Positions 1-9,135 of a DNA stretch of 64,000 bases are shown piece after piece. The stretch covers positions 96,001-160,000 of the forward strand of contig JBEPZV010000001.1 of assembly GCA_041640655.1 (NCBI GenBank), given 5' to 3'. The number at the start of each line of letters is the position of its first letter. Position 1 is the stretch's first letter. Made by a program: the position numbers and the translations under genes. The DNA is from a bacterium (lineage in GTDB: Bacteria > Acidobacteriota > Blastocatellia > HR10). The notes beneath the pieces were generated by a model, which was given only the letters and a program-made list of their open reading frames with translations, was not told where the DNA came from and searched no databases.

Positions 1-105
1 CCGAGCCTGAGCGTGGACGATCCCGGTTACTCCAAAAGTTAAAAGCAGGAACGACAGAATCCATGCTGACCTTCTCATTGTGACCTCCTGAAGGTAAGGA
101 TCAAC

Positions 106-864
106 TCACGGTCTGTCGGACACAGAGGCCGCCCCGAAAGTCTCGCGCAGGTTGGCCTCCACGATCTCTTTCAGATTGGCCGCCTCCAGAGCATCCTCCA
201 ACATCTTTTGGTATGCTCGCTCAGGATCACGACGTCGAATCGCCTCAAAGATCTCGCGGTGATGCCGGAGAACACGCTCGTTATGCTCTCTCGGAGGAAG
301 GATCTTCACAATCTGTTCGGTCAGGAGCACACGCGTCGATTCGGAGATGAGCGCCAGCACGCGATTCTTCGAGGCTCGAGCGACCAAATCGTGGAATTTG
401 CTGCTCTCGACCACCGTGAGCGCGCTTTCGGTCGCCGCCTCTGCTTGCAAAAGGGATTGCTCCATCTCTGCTATTTCCTCTTCGGTGGCATACCGAGCCG
501 CCAGCTCGGCCAGGGGTGGTTCAATGATCTGCCACGTCTGCACGAGCTCATCAAAGGAGATCTGACGCAGGATGAACATACTCGCGATGGAGGTCTTGAT
601 GTGATCTGTTCCCGGCAAGCGAACATAAGCCCCACCCCTAGGACCCAATCTGCGCTCGATGAATTGAAGGGTTTCCAAGGATCGCAGGGCTTCTCGCACT
701 GCGACGCGGCTGACGCCAAACATCTTCGCCAACTCCCGTTCCGGAGGAAGCCGTTCCCCCGGCTTGATCTTACCTGAAAGGATCGCGTACCGAATTTGAT
801 CGGCCACGAGTAGGTAAACGTCCTTTATGGTAATTTTCTCAAACATATTGTTTGGTCCTACCAT
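106..864 (-). CDS. GntR/FadR-family transcriptional regulator (FCD domain); alternative start ATG 846
   Basis: N-terminal wHTH GERLPPERELAKMFGVSRVAVREAL; C-terminal FCD FHDLVARASKN...HHREIFEAIRRRD. Confidence 0.92.
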   Translation of the reverse strand: MVGPNNMFEKITIKDVYLLVADQIRYAILSGKIKPGERLPPERELAKMFGVSRVAVREALRSLETLQFIERRLGPRGGAYVRLPGTDHIKTSIASMFILRQISFDELVQTWQIIEPPLAELAARYATEEEIAEMEQSLLQAEAATESALTVVESSKFHDLVARASKNRVLALISESTRVLLTEQIVKILPPREHNERVLRHHREIFEAIRRRDPERAYQKMLEDALEAANLKEIVEANLRETFGAASVSDRP

Positions 865-905
865 AATCCGGTAGTATTATAATCCGAGCAGATCGAAGTT
901 GTCAA
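853..905 (-). promoter_or_regulatory. Sigma70-like promoter with FadR-type operator for the GntR gene
   Basis: Minus strand TTGACA (905-900), 18-nt spacer, TATAAT (881-876); palindrome TGGTcctACCA at 853-863 resembles FadR-subfamily boxes. Confidence 0.7.
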
Positions 906-910
906 GCCCC

Positions 911-2000
911 TGCATTCGTCCAGTACCTTTGGCACTCGGGATGATAAATGAGGAGTCATTTTACCGGAGGCATGAGGCCGAGTCGATGGTGAGGGATGAG
1001 GGTGTTGTAAGCGATGAGCCAATCGGCGAGGTTCTTGTTGAAGAGGGTGAGGTCGGGAAAGATCCTCGTGTCAGTCGATGAACTGTTCCTGGATGGTGCG
1101 GTTGAAGCGCTCGGCATGGGCATTCATCTTCGGGCTTTTTGGGTAAGTCCAGTAGTGGGTCGGTCCCAGGTGTTGGAGGATCTGGTCGAAGGCCCCCTTG
1201 AACTCGGAGCCGTTGTCCGACAGGAACAGGATCTGGCGGGCAGTATCCTGGGTAAGTCCGGCCACGAGCGCCTCGGCCGCGCGGGCGGTGTGGCGGGCGT
1301 GTTTGCTGGGAAGGGCCACGGCGAAGGCGATAGCCAAGACGGGGTCGATGGCGGTGAGCACAGAGCGCCGGATGCCATCGCGCACTCGTTCGATAGTGTC
1401 TACGGCCCACAGGGTGAGCGGTGGGGCTTTGAGATCTTCTGGCTTTCTGGCCTTGCGTTCTTGGCGCAGGGGTTTTGGTCGGCCCCGGGCATCCAGGCGC
1501 TCTTGGCAAAAGCGCATTTTGCCTGGCGCGCGGGCCATGATCCGGCCGATCGTGCAGACCGAGGGCCGTGCCACGCCCTGCGCCTTACCCCAAGGGGCGA
1601 GCAGGACATGGAGGTTTTCCTTTCCCAGGTTGGGATAAAGGGTGCGCAGCCGTCGGATCTCAGCCACGAGCCGTGGGTCGGTTTGAGGCGCCCGGCGTCG
1701 CTTGGGCGCCGAGGACTTCGCGGCCAGCGCCGCAGGGTTGCCTCCGGCAGCATGCAGCGCTCTTTTCCAGCGGGAGAGGGTTCTTCGGGAAACCCCAAAG
1801 GCATCTACCGTCGCAGCCAGGCCGTGCTTGTCAAAGAACTGGAGGATTCTGAGTCGTTCCTGGGCATCTTTGGGGGTCATCTCCCAAAGATGTCCCAAAG
1901 AGGCCACCTGGTAACCCCCCGGACTCGGTACCCAACCCGATGAGCTTGCATGGCACTCCCCCCTCTCCAAAGGAGTGCCAAAGGTTTCTGAACTTATGCA
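911..2000 (-). mobile_element. Insertion sequence (IS481-like, integrase-core DDE) with imperfect terminal inverted repeats
   Basis: TGCATTCGTCCAGTACCTTTGGCACT (911-936) versus the reverse complement of 1974-2000, TGCATAAGTTCAGAAACCTTTGGCACT; encloses a transposase. Confidence 0.8.
956..1970 (-). pseudogene. Disrupted DDE transposase (nonsense codon plus frameshift near the C-terminus)
   Basis: HTH start, WAVDT, SDNGSEF, PKMNAHAERFNRTIQEQF; TGA at 1071-1073, then the C-terminal LFNKNLADWLIAYNTLIPHHRLG continues in another frame. Confidence 0.8.
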
Positions 2001-2016
2001 TTGGTCAAGTAAACGG

Positions 2017-2047
2017 TGTCAACGCCTTGTCAACGCCCTGTCAACGC
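2017..2047 (+). repeat. Three direct repeats TGTCAACGC with 11-bp period
   Basis: Copies at 2017, 2028 and 2039, plus a partial TGCCAA at 2050. Confidence 0.85.
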
Positions 2048-2209
2048 TCTGCCAAAAAGTGAAAAATGTGAAGCACACAGAAATCCGCCCGCCTCCTAAC
2101 CCATTGAACACCAATGACTTCACAATTCCACCCCAAGCCCTCCAAAATCATCCTGATTCTTTTTGCCCATGTCACACAAAACAAAAAAAAGGAGGAAGTC
2201 TATAGAGGA

Positions 2210-2800
2210 GGAACGGTGGGCCATCGCCGGTTCCGGCAGTGGGTGCGAACCGGAGTGCTGGAACTGATCCTCCAAACCTTGGCGCAAGATCTTAAAGAGC
2301 GCGGCTGGCTGAACCTGGAGGAGTGCTTCATCAACAGCACCTTCATATCCGCAAAAAAAAGGGCGAGGATTGGCGCGACCAAGCGGGGCAAGGGTTCGAA
2401 GGTCATAGCAGTGGCAAACCGCGCTGGTCTTCCTCTCGCCACTTGGGTTGCAAGCGCTTCGCCGCGTGAGGCCATACTCATGGAGCCGACCCTGCAAGCC
2501 CGCGGGGAGGTGCCCCAGCGCGTGATCGGCGACCGCGCCTATCAGAGCGATCCGCTGGACGAGCGCTTGGCCGCCCAAGGGATCGCGATGATCGCCCCAC
2601 ATCGCCGAAACCGCACGAAGCCCCAAGATGGCCGACCGCTGCGGCAGTGCCGACGCCGCTCGCAAGGTGGAGCGGCCCCTTCGCCCGGGTGGCAGACTTC
2701 CCGTCCTCTTCTGGTCCGCTACGAACGCCATCTGGCACACTACCTCGGCTTTGTCCATGTGGACTGCATCATCCACGGAGTTTTTGAGCTGACTTCTTAA
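2210..2800 (+). pseudogene. IS5-family (IS427-like) transposase remnant, 5' truncated
   Basis: HRRFRQWVRTGV, INSTFISAKK...TKRGKGSK, GDRAY, RPLLVRYER; first DDE Asp appears as Asn and the C-terminus is scrambled. Confidence 0.75.
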
Positions 2801-2906
2801 ACACTCTTAGTCTGCCAGATCCCGTAAGCTTACCTTGGGATCCTTGATTCTCTCTCACCATAGCGCTACATTTTTTCACCTCGAAGCCAAAGAATGGGGG
2901 GATCCA

Positions 2907-3875
2907 ATGCCACTTAAATTCTACATCGAACCGCATAGCCCAATTCCGCTCCACGCACAGATCATCGACCGTATTCGACTCGCCCTGTTGACAGGAGAGC
3001 TGCGACCTGGTGACACGCTACCCTCTATCCGAGATGTCGAAAGAGAGTGTGGAGCGAGCCGCAATATTGTGCGGCGGGCGTATTTGGAGCTAGAAGCTTA
3101 CGGGCTCTTAAAGCTTAAACATGGCAAGGGAGTCATCGTCCACGACGATCTTCCTCACTTAACGAACAAGGTACTCGCCCACCGTAGTCAGAAACTTTGC
3201 CAAGAGGTACTATCTAAGGTCAAGGCCATCGGCCTCGTCGGATCCTCCTTCGCTCGCATGTTGTACCACGTTGCTTTGGCAGATGAACGGTCGCGGCAGC
3301 AGTTTTTTTACGTGGACATCACGGGACCATTGGCCCAAGAGCGCGCCGCTCAGATCAGTCGCGCTTGGCAAATCACTATTGTTGGATTGGCTATTAAGGA
3401 TATAGGTGTGTTGGAGCAAATCAGGCGGGAGACCCCTCTCAAGGTCTTCACTAACTTCTATAGATATGGTGAAGTGGCCAAACTCCTCAGCTATCCCAAT
3501 GTAGATCTCATCCCAGTCGCCTTGAAGTTCAGCAAGGAGATGGAAGCAGAGATTGACCGTCTTCGCGAAGGCTCGATCGTGGAGATCGTCCTTGATGAAC
3601 GGGACTTTTCCAGCTATGGAGGGTTGATCCTAGAGAACTATCAGCACGCCTTTGCTTCTAAGAAGCTATTCTTCAGGGTCAGAGCAATGACAACCATCGC
3701 TGATCTGAAAAATAGATTGAGATCGGGGAATTGCCACATGCTCATCATCAGCAATCGGCTGTGGGATCAACTGCCGGAAGACGTGAAACGCTTGAGGATG
3801 GTCACCTACCCTAAGATGGAGTTCGATGCTCGCGCTTCAGAACCTGCTCGACTTCGAGCAGGAATTATACTCTAA
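2907..3875 (+). CDS. GntR-family regulator (YtrA-like wHTH) with a long C-terminal domain of unknown ligand
   Basis: PIPLHAQIIDRIRLALLTGELRPGDTLPSIRDV...VRRAYLELEAYG. Confidence 0.85.
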   Translation: MPLKFYIEPHSPIPLHAQIIDRIRLALLTGELRPGDTLPSIRDVERECGASRNIVRRAYLELEAYGLLKLKHGKGVIVHDDLPHLTNKVLAHRSQKLCQEVLSKVKAIGLVGSSFARMLYHVALADERSRQQFFYVDITGPLAQERAAQISRAWQITIVGLAIKDIGVLEQIRRETPLKVFTNFYRYGEVAKLLSYPNVDLIPVALKFSKEMEAEIDRLREGSIVEIVLDERDFSSYGGLILENYQHAFASKKLFFRVRAMTTIADLKNRLRSGNCHMLIISNRLWDQLPEDVKRLRMVTYPKMEFDARASEPARLRAGIIL

Positions 3876-3942
3876 TATGCTCGCTTGACTTCAAGGAGCG
3901 CGCAGTATCGCGCCTCACATTGCTTGGCCTCACTCAAGTGAT

Positions 3943-4374
3943 TTAAATTAACACATTTTCCCCACTCATATACACCTCCACTCGCTTGAACTTTCCCTGC
4001 TCGAGGTAGAAGAAATTGCAGTTGCTCATATTGACCTGACGACCGTCCGTTCCTACAAGGACGACGTTGAATTGCGCCGCACATCTCTCGCGCTCAGTAT
4101 CCACCACATGGGAGAAGTCCTTATGGACCATGAAGTTATAGTTATTGAAGAGGTTCTCGAACATCCGCTTGATCCCCGTATCGCGACCCACGTGAGTCGT
4201 AACAGCCAGTTGAGGGCGCCCCTCCTGCATGGCCACCGATCGGATTATGAACACAGCATCCGGACAAAAGCACTCCAACGTGGCAGCCAAATCCCTGCGA
4301 TCTACGCTTCCGAAATACTTCTCTTCTACCATCTGAACGTAATATTCGTAAGGATAACTTCCCATATAAGCCAC
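3943..4374 (-). CDS. SnoaL/NTF2-like protein
   Basis: YFGSVDRRDLAATLECFCPDAVF, GRDTGIKRMF, CNFFYLEQGKFKRVEVY. Confidence 0.8.
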   Translation of the reverse strand: MAYMGSYPYEYYVQMVEEKYFGSVDRRDLAATLECFCPDAVFIIRSVAMQEGRPQLAVTTHVGRDTGIKRMFENLFNNYNFMVHKDFSHVVDTERERCAAQFNVVLVGTDGRQVNMSNCNFFYLEQGKFKRVEVYMSGENVLI

Positions 4375-4496
4375 CTCCTGGCGAGGGTATCTCCATTATT
4401 GGGCCTCACAAAGAGCTCGTAACAGAGAAAGAGCCCATCGCACGCAGAGATGCTTCCTACTGAGCGTTTCGCGTTTCATCAACTCTGTGAGGCTCA

Positions 4497-5384
4497 TTAA
4501 GACGTCACCATCATCTCCCGTGCCAAAATGGTTCGTGCCAGTTCAGCGCAGGCGAGCAATCGCTCATAATCAATCCCGGTTCGAATCCCCATCTCATGAA
4601 ACATCAGCACAAGCTTCTCGGTGGCGACATTCCCGGTCGCGCCTGGACTAAAGGGACAACCGCCAAGCCCACCAATGGAGGCATCAAAAATCGTAATGCC
4701 CGCCTGGAGGGCAGCATAGGCGTTTACTAACGCCATGTGTCGCGTATCATGAAAATGCACCGATAACGCTCGAGCTGGCCACCGCTGACAAGCACGGGTT
4801 AACAGGTCACCAGTCTGCACCGGATTCGCACATCCAATTGTATCTGCGAATGTCACCTCATCGCTTCCCATGTCAAAAAGTGTCTCGGCGATCTCCATCA
4901 CACGCCCCACGGGGACTCGCCCCTCATAAGGACAACCAAAGGACGCACTGATTATCCCACGAACCCAGAGCCCATCTGCTTTGGCCCTCGCGATAATCAG
5001 CTCAAACTGGCGGAGCGATTCCACAACAGACATGCCAACGTTCTTTTGATTGAGCGCCTCAGTTGCAGCGACCACCAGCGTGATATCCGTGAGGGCCGGG
5101 CACCGCCGGGCTCGTTCATAGCCCTTCTCGTTCGGGATGAGGGCCATGAGCCTCGTGCCCTCCGGAACCTCAAGACGCGAGAGCACCTCCTCGGCGTCCT
5201 TCAACTGTGGGATCACCTTCGGATGCACGAATGACGTCACTTCGATCCTTCGGATACCAGCCCATATAAGCTTGTGGATCAACTCAACCTTCTGCGACGT
5301 CGGCACTTCCACAGCTAAGTTCTGCAGTCCATCACGAGGACCTACGTCCACAATCTCTACTGCTTCTGGCAATGGGTTCATCAA
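4497..5384 (-). CDS. Hydroxymethylglutaryl-CoA lyase family (DRE-TIM)
   Basis: DVGPRDGLQN, HFHDTR, GGLGGCPFSPGATGNVATE. Confidence 0.93.
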   Translation of the reverse strand: MMNPLPEAVEIVDVGPRDGLQNLAVEVPTSQKVELIHKLIWAGIRRIEVTSFVHPKVIPQLKDAEEVLSRLEVPEGTRLMALIPNEKGYERARRCPALTDITLVVAATEALNQKNVGMSVVESLRQFELIIARAKADGLWVRGIISASFGCPYEGRVPVGRVMEIAETLFDMGSDEVTFADTIGCANPVQTGDLLTRACQRWPARALSVHFHDTRHMALVNAYAALQAGITIFDASIGGLGGCPFSPGATGNVATEKLVLMFHEMGIRTGIDYERLLACAELARTILAREMMVTS

Positions 5385-6586
5385 ATCACCCCCTCCTCAT
5401 GTAAGGTGTTCAACTCTTTGTCACTTAATCCTAACAGGCCTCTGAAGATCTCCTCATTGTGCGCTCCTATCGGCGGGCCAATCCATTTCGTAACCCCAGG
5501 CGTCTCACTCAAGAAAGGAAGAATCCGCGGAATTTTCAACGGCTCTCCGTCCGGAAGAACTACCTCCTCGAACAAGCCGCGTGCAATGAAATGCGGATCT
5601 CTGACGATCTCAGCAATGCTGTAGATGGGCCCACACGGAACACCTGCTACTTCCAGCGTTTCAAAAACCTCCTGGAAAGTGTGCTCCCGGGTCCATTCCT
5701 CGATCGCCCGATCTATCATCTCCTCATGTTCGACGCGCCCGTCATTGTGCGCGAGCTTCGGATCTTCAGCCAAATCTGCTCTCCCTATGGCGTACATCAA
5801 CCGCTTGAAAATCGTATCTCCATTACCGCCGATCACGATGTACTTGCCATCCCCACATCTGTAAGTGTTCGTTGGAACGATTCCAGATAGTTTAGCTCCC
5901 TCTCGCTCACGAACATATCCCAGCTTATCATACTCCGGTAATAAGCTCTCCATCACGTTAAAGACCGCTTCATAAATGGCGACGTCCACCATCTGTCCCC
6001 GTCCGCTACCGATAACGTCCCTGTAGTAAACCGCTATCAGAGCTCCCAAGGCCGCATGCAAACCCGCCAGCGTGTCCCCGAGACTCAGATTCGGACGCAC
6101 CGGAGGGCGATCAGGATAACCGGTCACGTATCGAAGCCCCCCCATCGCTTCAGCCACGCTGGCATATCCCGGCCGATGCGAATACGGTCCTGTTTGTCCC
6201 CACCCAGAAACCCGAACCATAATCAATCGCGGATTCAGCGCTCGCAAATGTTCCCACCCCAATCCCCACTTCTCCAACGTCCCCGGTTTGAAGTTCTCCA
6301 CGAGAATGTCCACGCGCTGAGCGAGTCGGCGAGCGATTTCCTGCCCTTTAGGATGTCGCAGATTCAACGTGATGCACTTCTTATTGCGCCCGAGGATGTA
6401 CCACCACAGCGCTGTCCCCTTATACACCTTCCGCCACCGTCGAAGCGGATCTCCAATCCCCGGCGGCTCGATCTTGATCACCTCGGCCCCAAAGGCGGCC
6501 AGGATAACACCCGCAAAAGGACCGGCCAGTAATTGACCCATCTCCAAAACCTTCAATCCCTGAAGGGGCATTCGCCTCTCGTCCAT
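5381..6586 (-). CDS. CaiB/BaiF family III CoA-transferase
   Basis: LAGPFAG, GAEVIKIEPPGIGDPLR, ENFKPG, GWGQTGPY. Confidence 0.93.
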   Translation of the reverse strand: MDERRMPLQGLKVLEMGQLLAGPFAGVILAAFGAEVIKIEPPGIGDPLRRWRKVYKGTALWWYILGRNKKCITLNLRHPKGQEIARRLAQRVDILVENFKPGTLEKWGLGWEHLRALNPRLIMVRVSGWGQTGPYSHRPGYASVAEAMGGLRYVTGYPDRPPVRPNLSLGDTLAGLHAALGALIAVYYRDVIGSGRGQMVDVAIYEAVFNVMESLLPEYDKLGYVREREGAKLSGIVPTNTYRCGDGKYIVIGGNGDTIFKRLMYAIGRADLAEDPKLAHNDGRVEHEEMIDRAIEEWTREHTFQEVFETLEVAGVPCGPIYSIAEIVRDPHFIARGLFEEVVLPDGEPLKIPRILPFLSETPGVTKWIGPPIGAHNEEIFRGLLGLSDKELNTLHEEGVI

Positions 6587-6616
6587 AGGGACACCCTCTC
6601 CGCAAACGCTCGTCCT

Positions 6617-7291
6617 TTAACGCTCCACCCCCGGCAATCCCATCAAGTACTCGAGCACCTCACCGAGAGAAACCACATCACCATATTTCGCATCGATGTC
6701 AAAGAGATTGGCCTCATGAGGACCAGGTGCTCGATCTCCAACCGCTTCGCGAACGACGATCGTGCGAAATCCGTGCTGGCAGCTGTCCACGGCCGAGGCA
6801 CGCACGCACCCGCTCGTCGTGCATCCCCCGATCACCACCGTGTCGCACCGAAGCGCCGTCAGGGTCGAAGTCAATGACGTCCCGAAAAACGCGCTCGCGT
6901 ATTTCTTCACAATCACATGCTCCCCGGGCTTGGGGGCAAGTCGTTCGTCAATTGCCGTCATGCGCGATCCTTTCTTCAATATGCTCAAGGATGGCACCTT
7001 CATCAGAAACACCCCCGCGTCCCGAAGGTCCTCTTCGTACTCCACTGTGGTGAAAAAAATAGGGACTCCCTTCCCCCGCGCCGCCATCAACAATTCTCGC
7101 GCCGCTTCCACTTCCGCGTCATAATTGGAGGCTAACGGCGAACTCGGATCCGTGAACGCCACAATGAAGTCCACGATCAATAGGGCCGGTCGCTCCCCAA
7201 AGCCAACCCGTCGCGCGAACCCCCGTTGCTCATAAAACCGACGAATCTCCACATCTCCCATGAATGAGCTACCCTCCCTCCCCAAGACCAT
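6617..7291 (-). CDS. Isochorismatase-family cysteine amidohydrolase (N-carbamoylsarcosine/maleamate amidase-like)
   Basis: ALLIVDF, KKYASAFFGT, TTSGCVRASAVD; start may be ATG 7261. Confidence 0.9.
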   Translation of the reverse strand: MVLGREGSSFMGDVEIRRFYEQRGFARRVGFGERPALLIVDFIVAFTDPSSPLASNYDAEVEAARELLMAARGKGVPIFFTTVEYEEDLRDAGVFLMKVPSLSILKKGSRMTAIDERLAPKPGEHVIVKKYASAFFGTSLTSTLTALRCDTVVIGGCTTSGCVRASAVDSCQHGFRTIVVREAVGDRAPGPHEANLFDIDAKYGDVVSLGEVLEYLMGLPGVER

Positions 7292-7294
7292 AAT

Positions 7295-9121
7295 CTAAGG
7301 ATCTGCCACCATCTCCTGCGGCACGCCTTCGACACGCCCCGCCTTGATCCCAATCGGCTCTGGTACCGGACCGAACGTGAAGATCGGAACAGGTCCTCGC
7401 CGCTGCCGCTTCTCCGCCCGAAGCTTCTCCGTCGTCTCCCAATCGATCTCAAATGTCACTGGGTCCAAGACCACCCCATAGTCCCGCTCCGCCTTCTCCC
7501 TGGAAACCAACCCGCGAATTACATCCATCCGTACCCGCTCGGCCGGACGATCTAGAGGATCCTTCCACCCCCCACCTCCAGCTGTTTGATAGATCAAGAT
7601 GTCCCCCTTACGCACAGGTACCTGACTGACCTTCGAAGGAAGAGGCACTCGCTCTCCTGTCGTCCGAATCAAAAGCTTGCGAGAACACTCTCCGGGAAGT
7701 CCCCCCAGAATCCCCCACGGCTTCGAACGCTCACGATCATCGTGAATGGCGATCTCTCCATCCGCCTCAAAGCGATAGACCTTATGCACCCCATTGCCTC
7801 CACGGTGGAACCCAGCTCCTCCCGAATCGATCAAAGAACCATATTCCAGAACCGTCAGTGGATAATAGTTCTCCAAATACTCTGTCGGAATGTTCTCAAA
7901 GAGCGGCCACCACGAATGCGCATCCAACCCATCATCCACCGGTCTCCCGGGGATCCCGCCGAAGGTGATCTCCATCAAATGGAAGAACTCCCCCCGCTCA
8001 TCGTAACCGTTATAGAGCAAGTATGGACTCGTCCCGTAGCCAGCCGCCGTTGACAGCTCCGGAGCATTTACTCCCAATGCCCCTCCGAGGACATCGAAGA
8101 GCCGCGCCAAGGCGTGCGTCCGACAGCCGAGCGCCGCTGGGAATTTAGGCCTCAACAAGGACCCCTCCGGCAAGATGATGTGCAAGAGCGGATAGAATCC
8201 ATCGTTGAACAGGATCTGCGGATCATAGACCATGATCAGATAGACGCCGATGAACATCTTGAACATTTCTTCGCTCAAGTAGAAGTTAATTGGCCCTGGT
8301 GCTTGCGGATCTGTCCCTGTCCAATCGAAATACCCATGATCCCCCTCGCGCCAAATGGTCAGCTTCATCTTATAGGGCCCATTGCCACGTCCATCATCGT
8401 CTACATAGTCCTCAAAACTCACCGGCTCCTCGGGTAAGTTCTTCACAATCAGCGCGCTCATCGCTCGATACGTTCGATCTAGCAACGCTTCGAATGCTTC
8501 CAGCACGACGTCCTTGCCAAAGCGATCACATAGTTCCTGCACGCGCTTCTCAGCCGTCCGACACCCGGCCACGATCGCCATCAGATCGAAATAGTTCATC
8601 GTCGGCGTCCGCGTGTTGTTCAGGATCAGATCGAGCACATCCTCATTGAGCTTCCCCTCCTCGAAGAGCTTCACCGGAGGAATCCGAACCCCCTCGCCGA
8701 AAATCGTCGTCGCATCCGTCGGCAAACTCCCCGGCACCGGCCCCCCCACGTCAAGCGTATGCCCGAATTGCGAAGCCCATCCTACGAGCTCACCATCATA
8801 GAAGATCGGCAGAAGCACCAACCAGTCATTGATATGCGAGATAGCGGCCTGGCATTTATATGGATCGCTCGTCAGGAAGATGTCACCCGGCCTGATCCCC
8901 CGCTTCCAATCCCGAATGAACCCAGCAATATATGAACCGAATTGTCCCACCACCATCCGCCCATCCGGCGTGCACACCATAGGGAACGCATCATGCTGTT
9001 CGCGGATCACAGGTGACATCGCCGAGCGAAAGACGACAGCATCCATCTCATACCGAATGTTCCGTAACGCATTTTCGATGATATCCAGCGTTATTGGATC
9101 AAGCTGGACCCTCGCCTTCAT
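7295..9121 (-). CDS. Hydantoinase B / oxoprolinase family subunit
   Basis: LDPITLDIIENAL, SPVIREQHD, HINDW, DSGGAGFHRGG, TAGGGGW. Confidence 0.93.
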   Translation of the reverse strand: MKARVQLDPITLDIIENALRNIRYEMDAVVFRSAMSPVIREQHDAFPMVCTPDGRMVVGQFGSYIAGFIRDWKRGIRPGDIFLTSDPYKCQAAISHINDWLVLLPIFYDGELVGWASQFGHTLDVGGPVPGSLPTDATTIFGEGVRIPPVKLFEEGKLNEDVLDLILNNTRTPTMNYFDLMAIVAGCRTAEKRVQELCDRFGKDVVLEAFEALLDRTYRAMSALIVKNLPEEPVSFEDYVDDDGRGNGPYKMKLTIWREGDHGYFDWTGTDPQAPGPINFYLSEEMFKMFIGVYLIMVYDPQILFNDGFYPLLHIILPEGSLLRPKFPAALGCRTHALARLFDVLGGALGVNAPELSTAAGYGTSPYLLYNGYDERGEFFHLMEITFGGIPGRPVDDGLDAHSWWPLFENIPTEYLENYYPLTVLEYGSLIDSGGAGFHRGGNGVHKVYRFEADGEIAIHDDRERSKPWGILGGLPGECSRKLLIRTTGERVPLPSKVSQVPVRKGDILIYQTAGGGGWKDPLDRPAERVRMDVIRGLVSREKAERDYGVVLDPVTFEIDWETTEKLRAEKRQRRGPVPIFTFGPVPEPIGIKAGRVEGVPQEMVADP

Positions 9122-9135
9122 AATTTTCCTCCCAT

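Noticed and set aside
840..854. CAAACATATTGTTTG as a fourth TetR-type operator
   Set aside because: The spacer is 5 nt rather than 4, and the adjacent TGGT-N3-ACCA explains regulation of this gene better.
1071..1073. In-frame TGA in the transposase as selenocysteine
   Set aside because: It is not at a Cys position and a frameshift follows at once, so this is ordinary decay.
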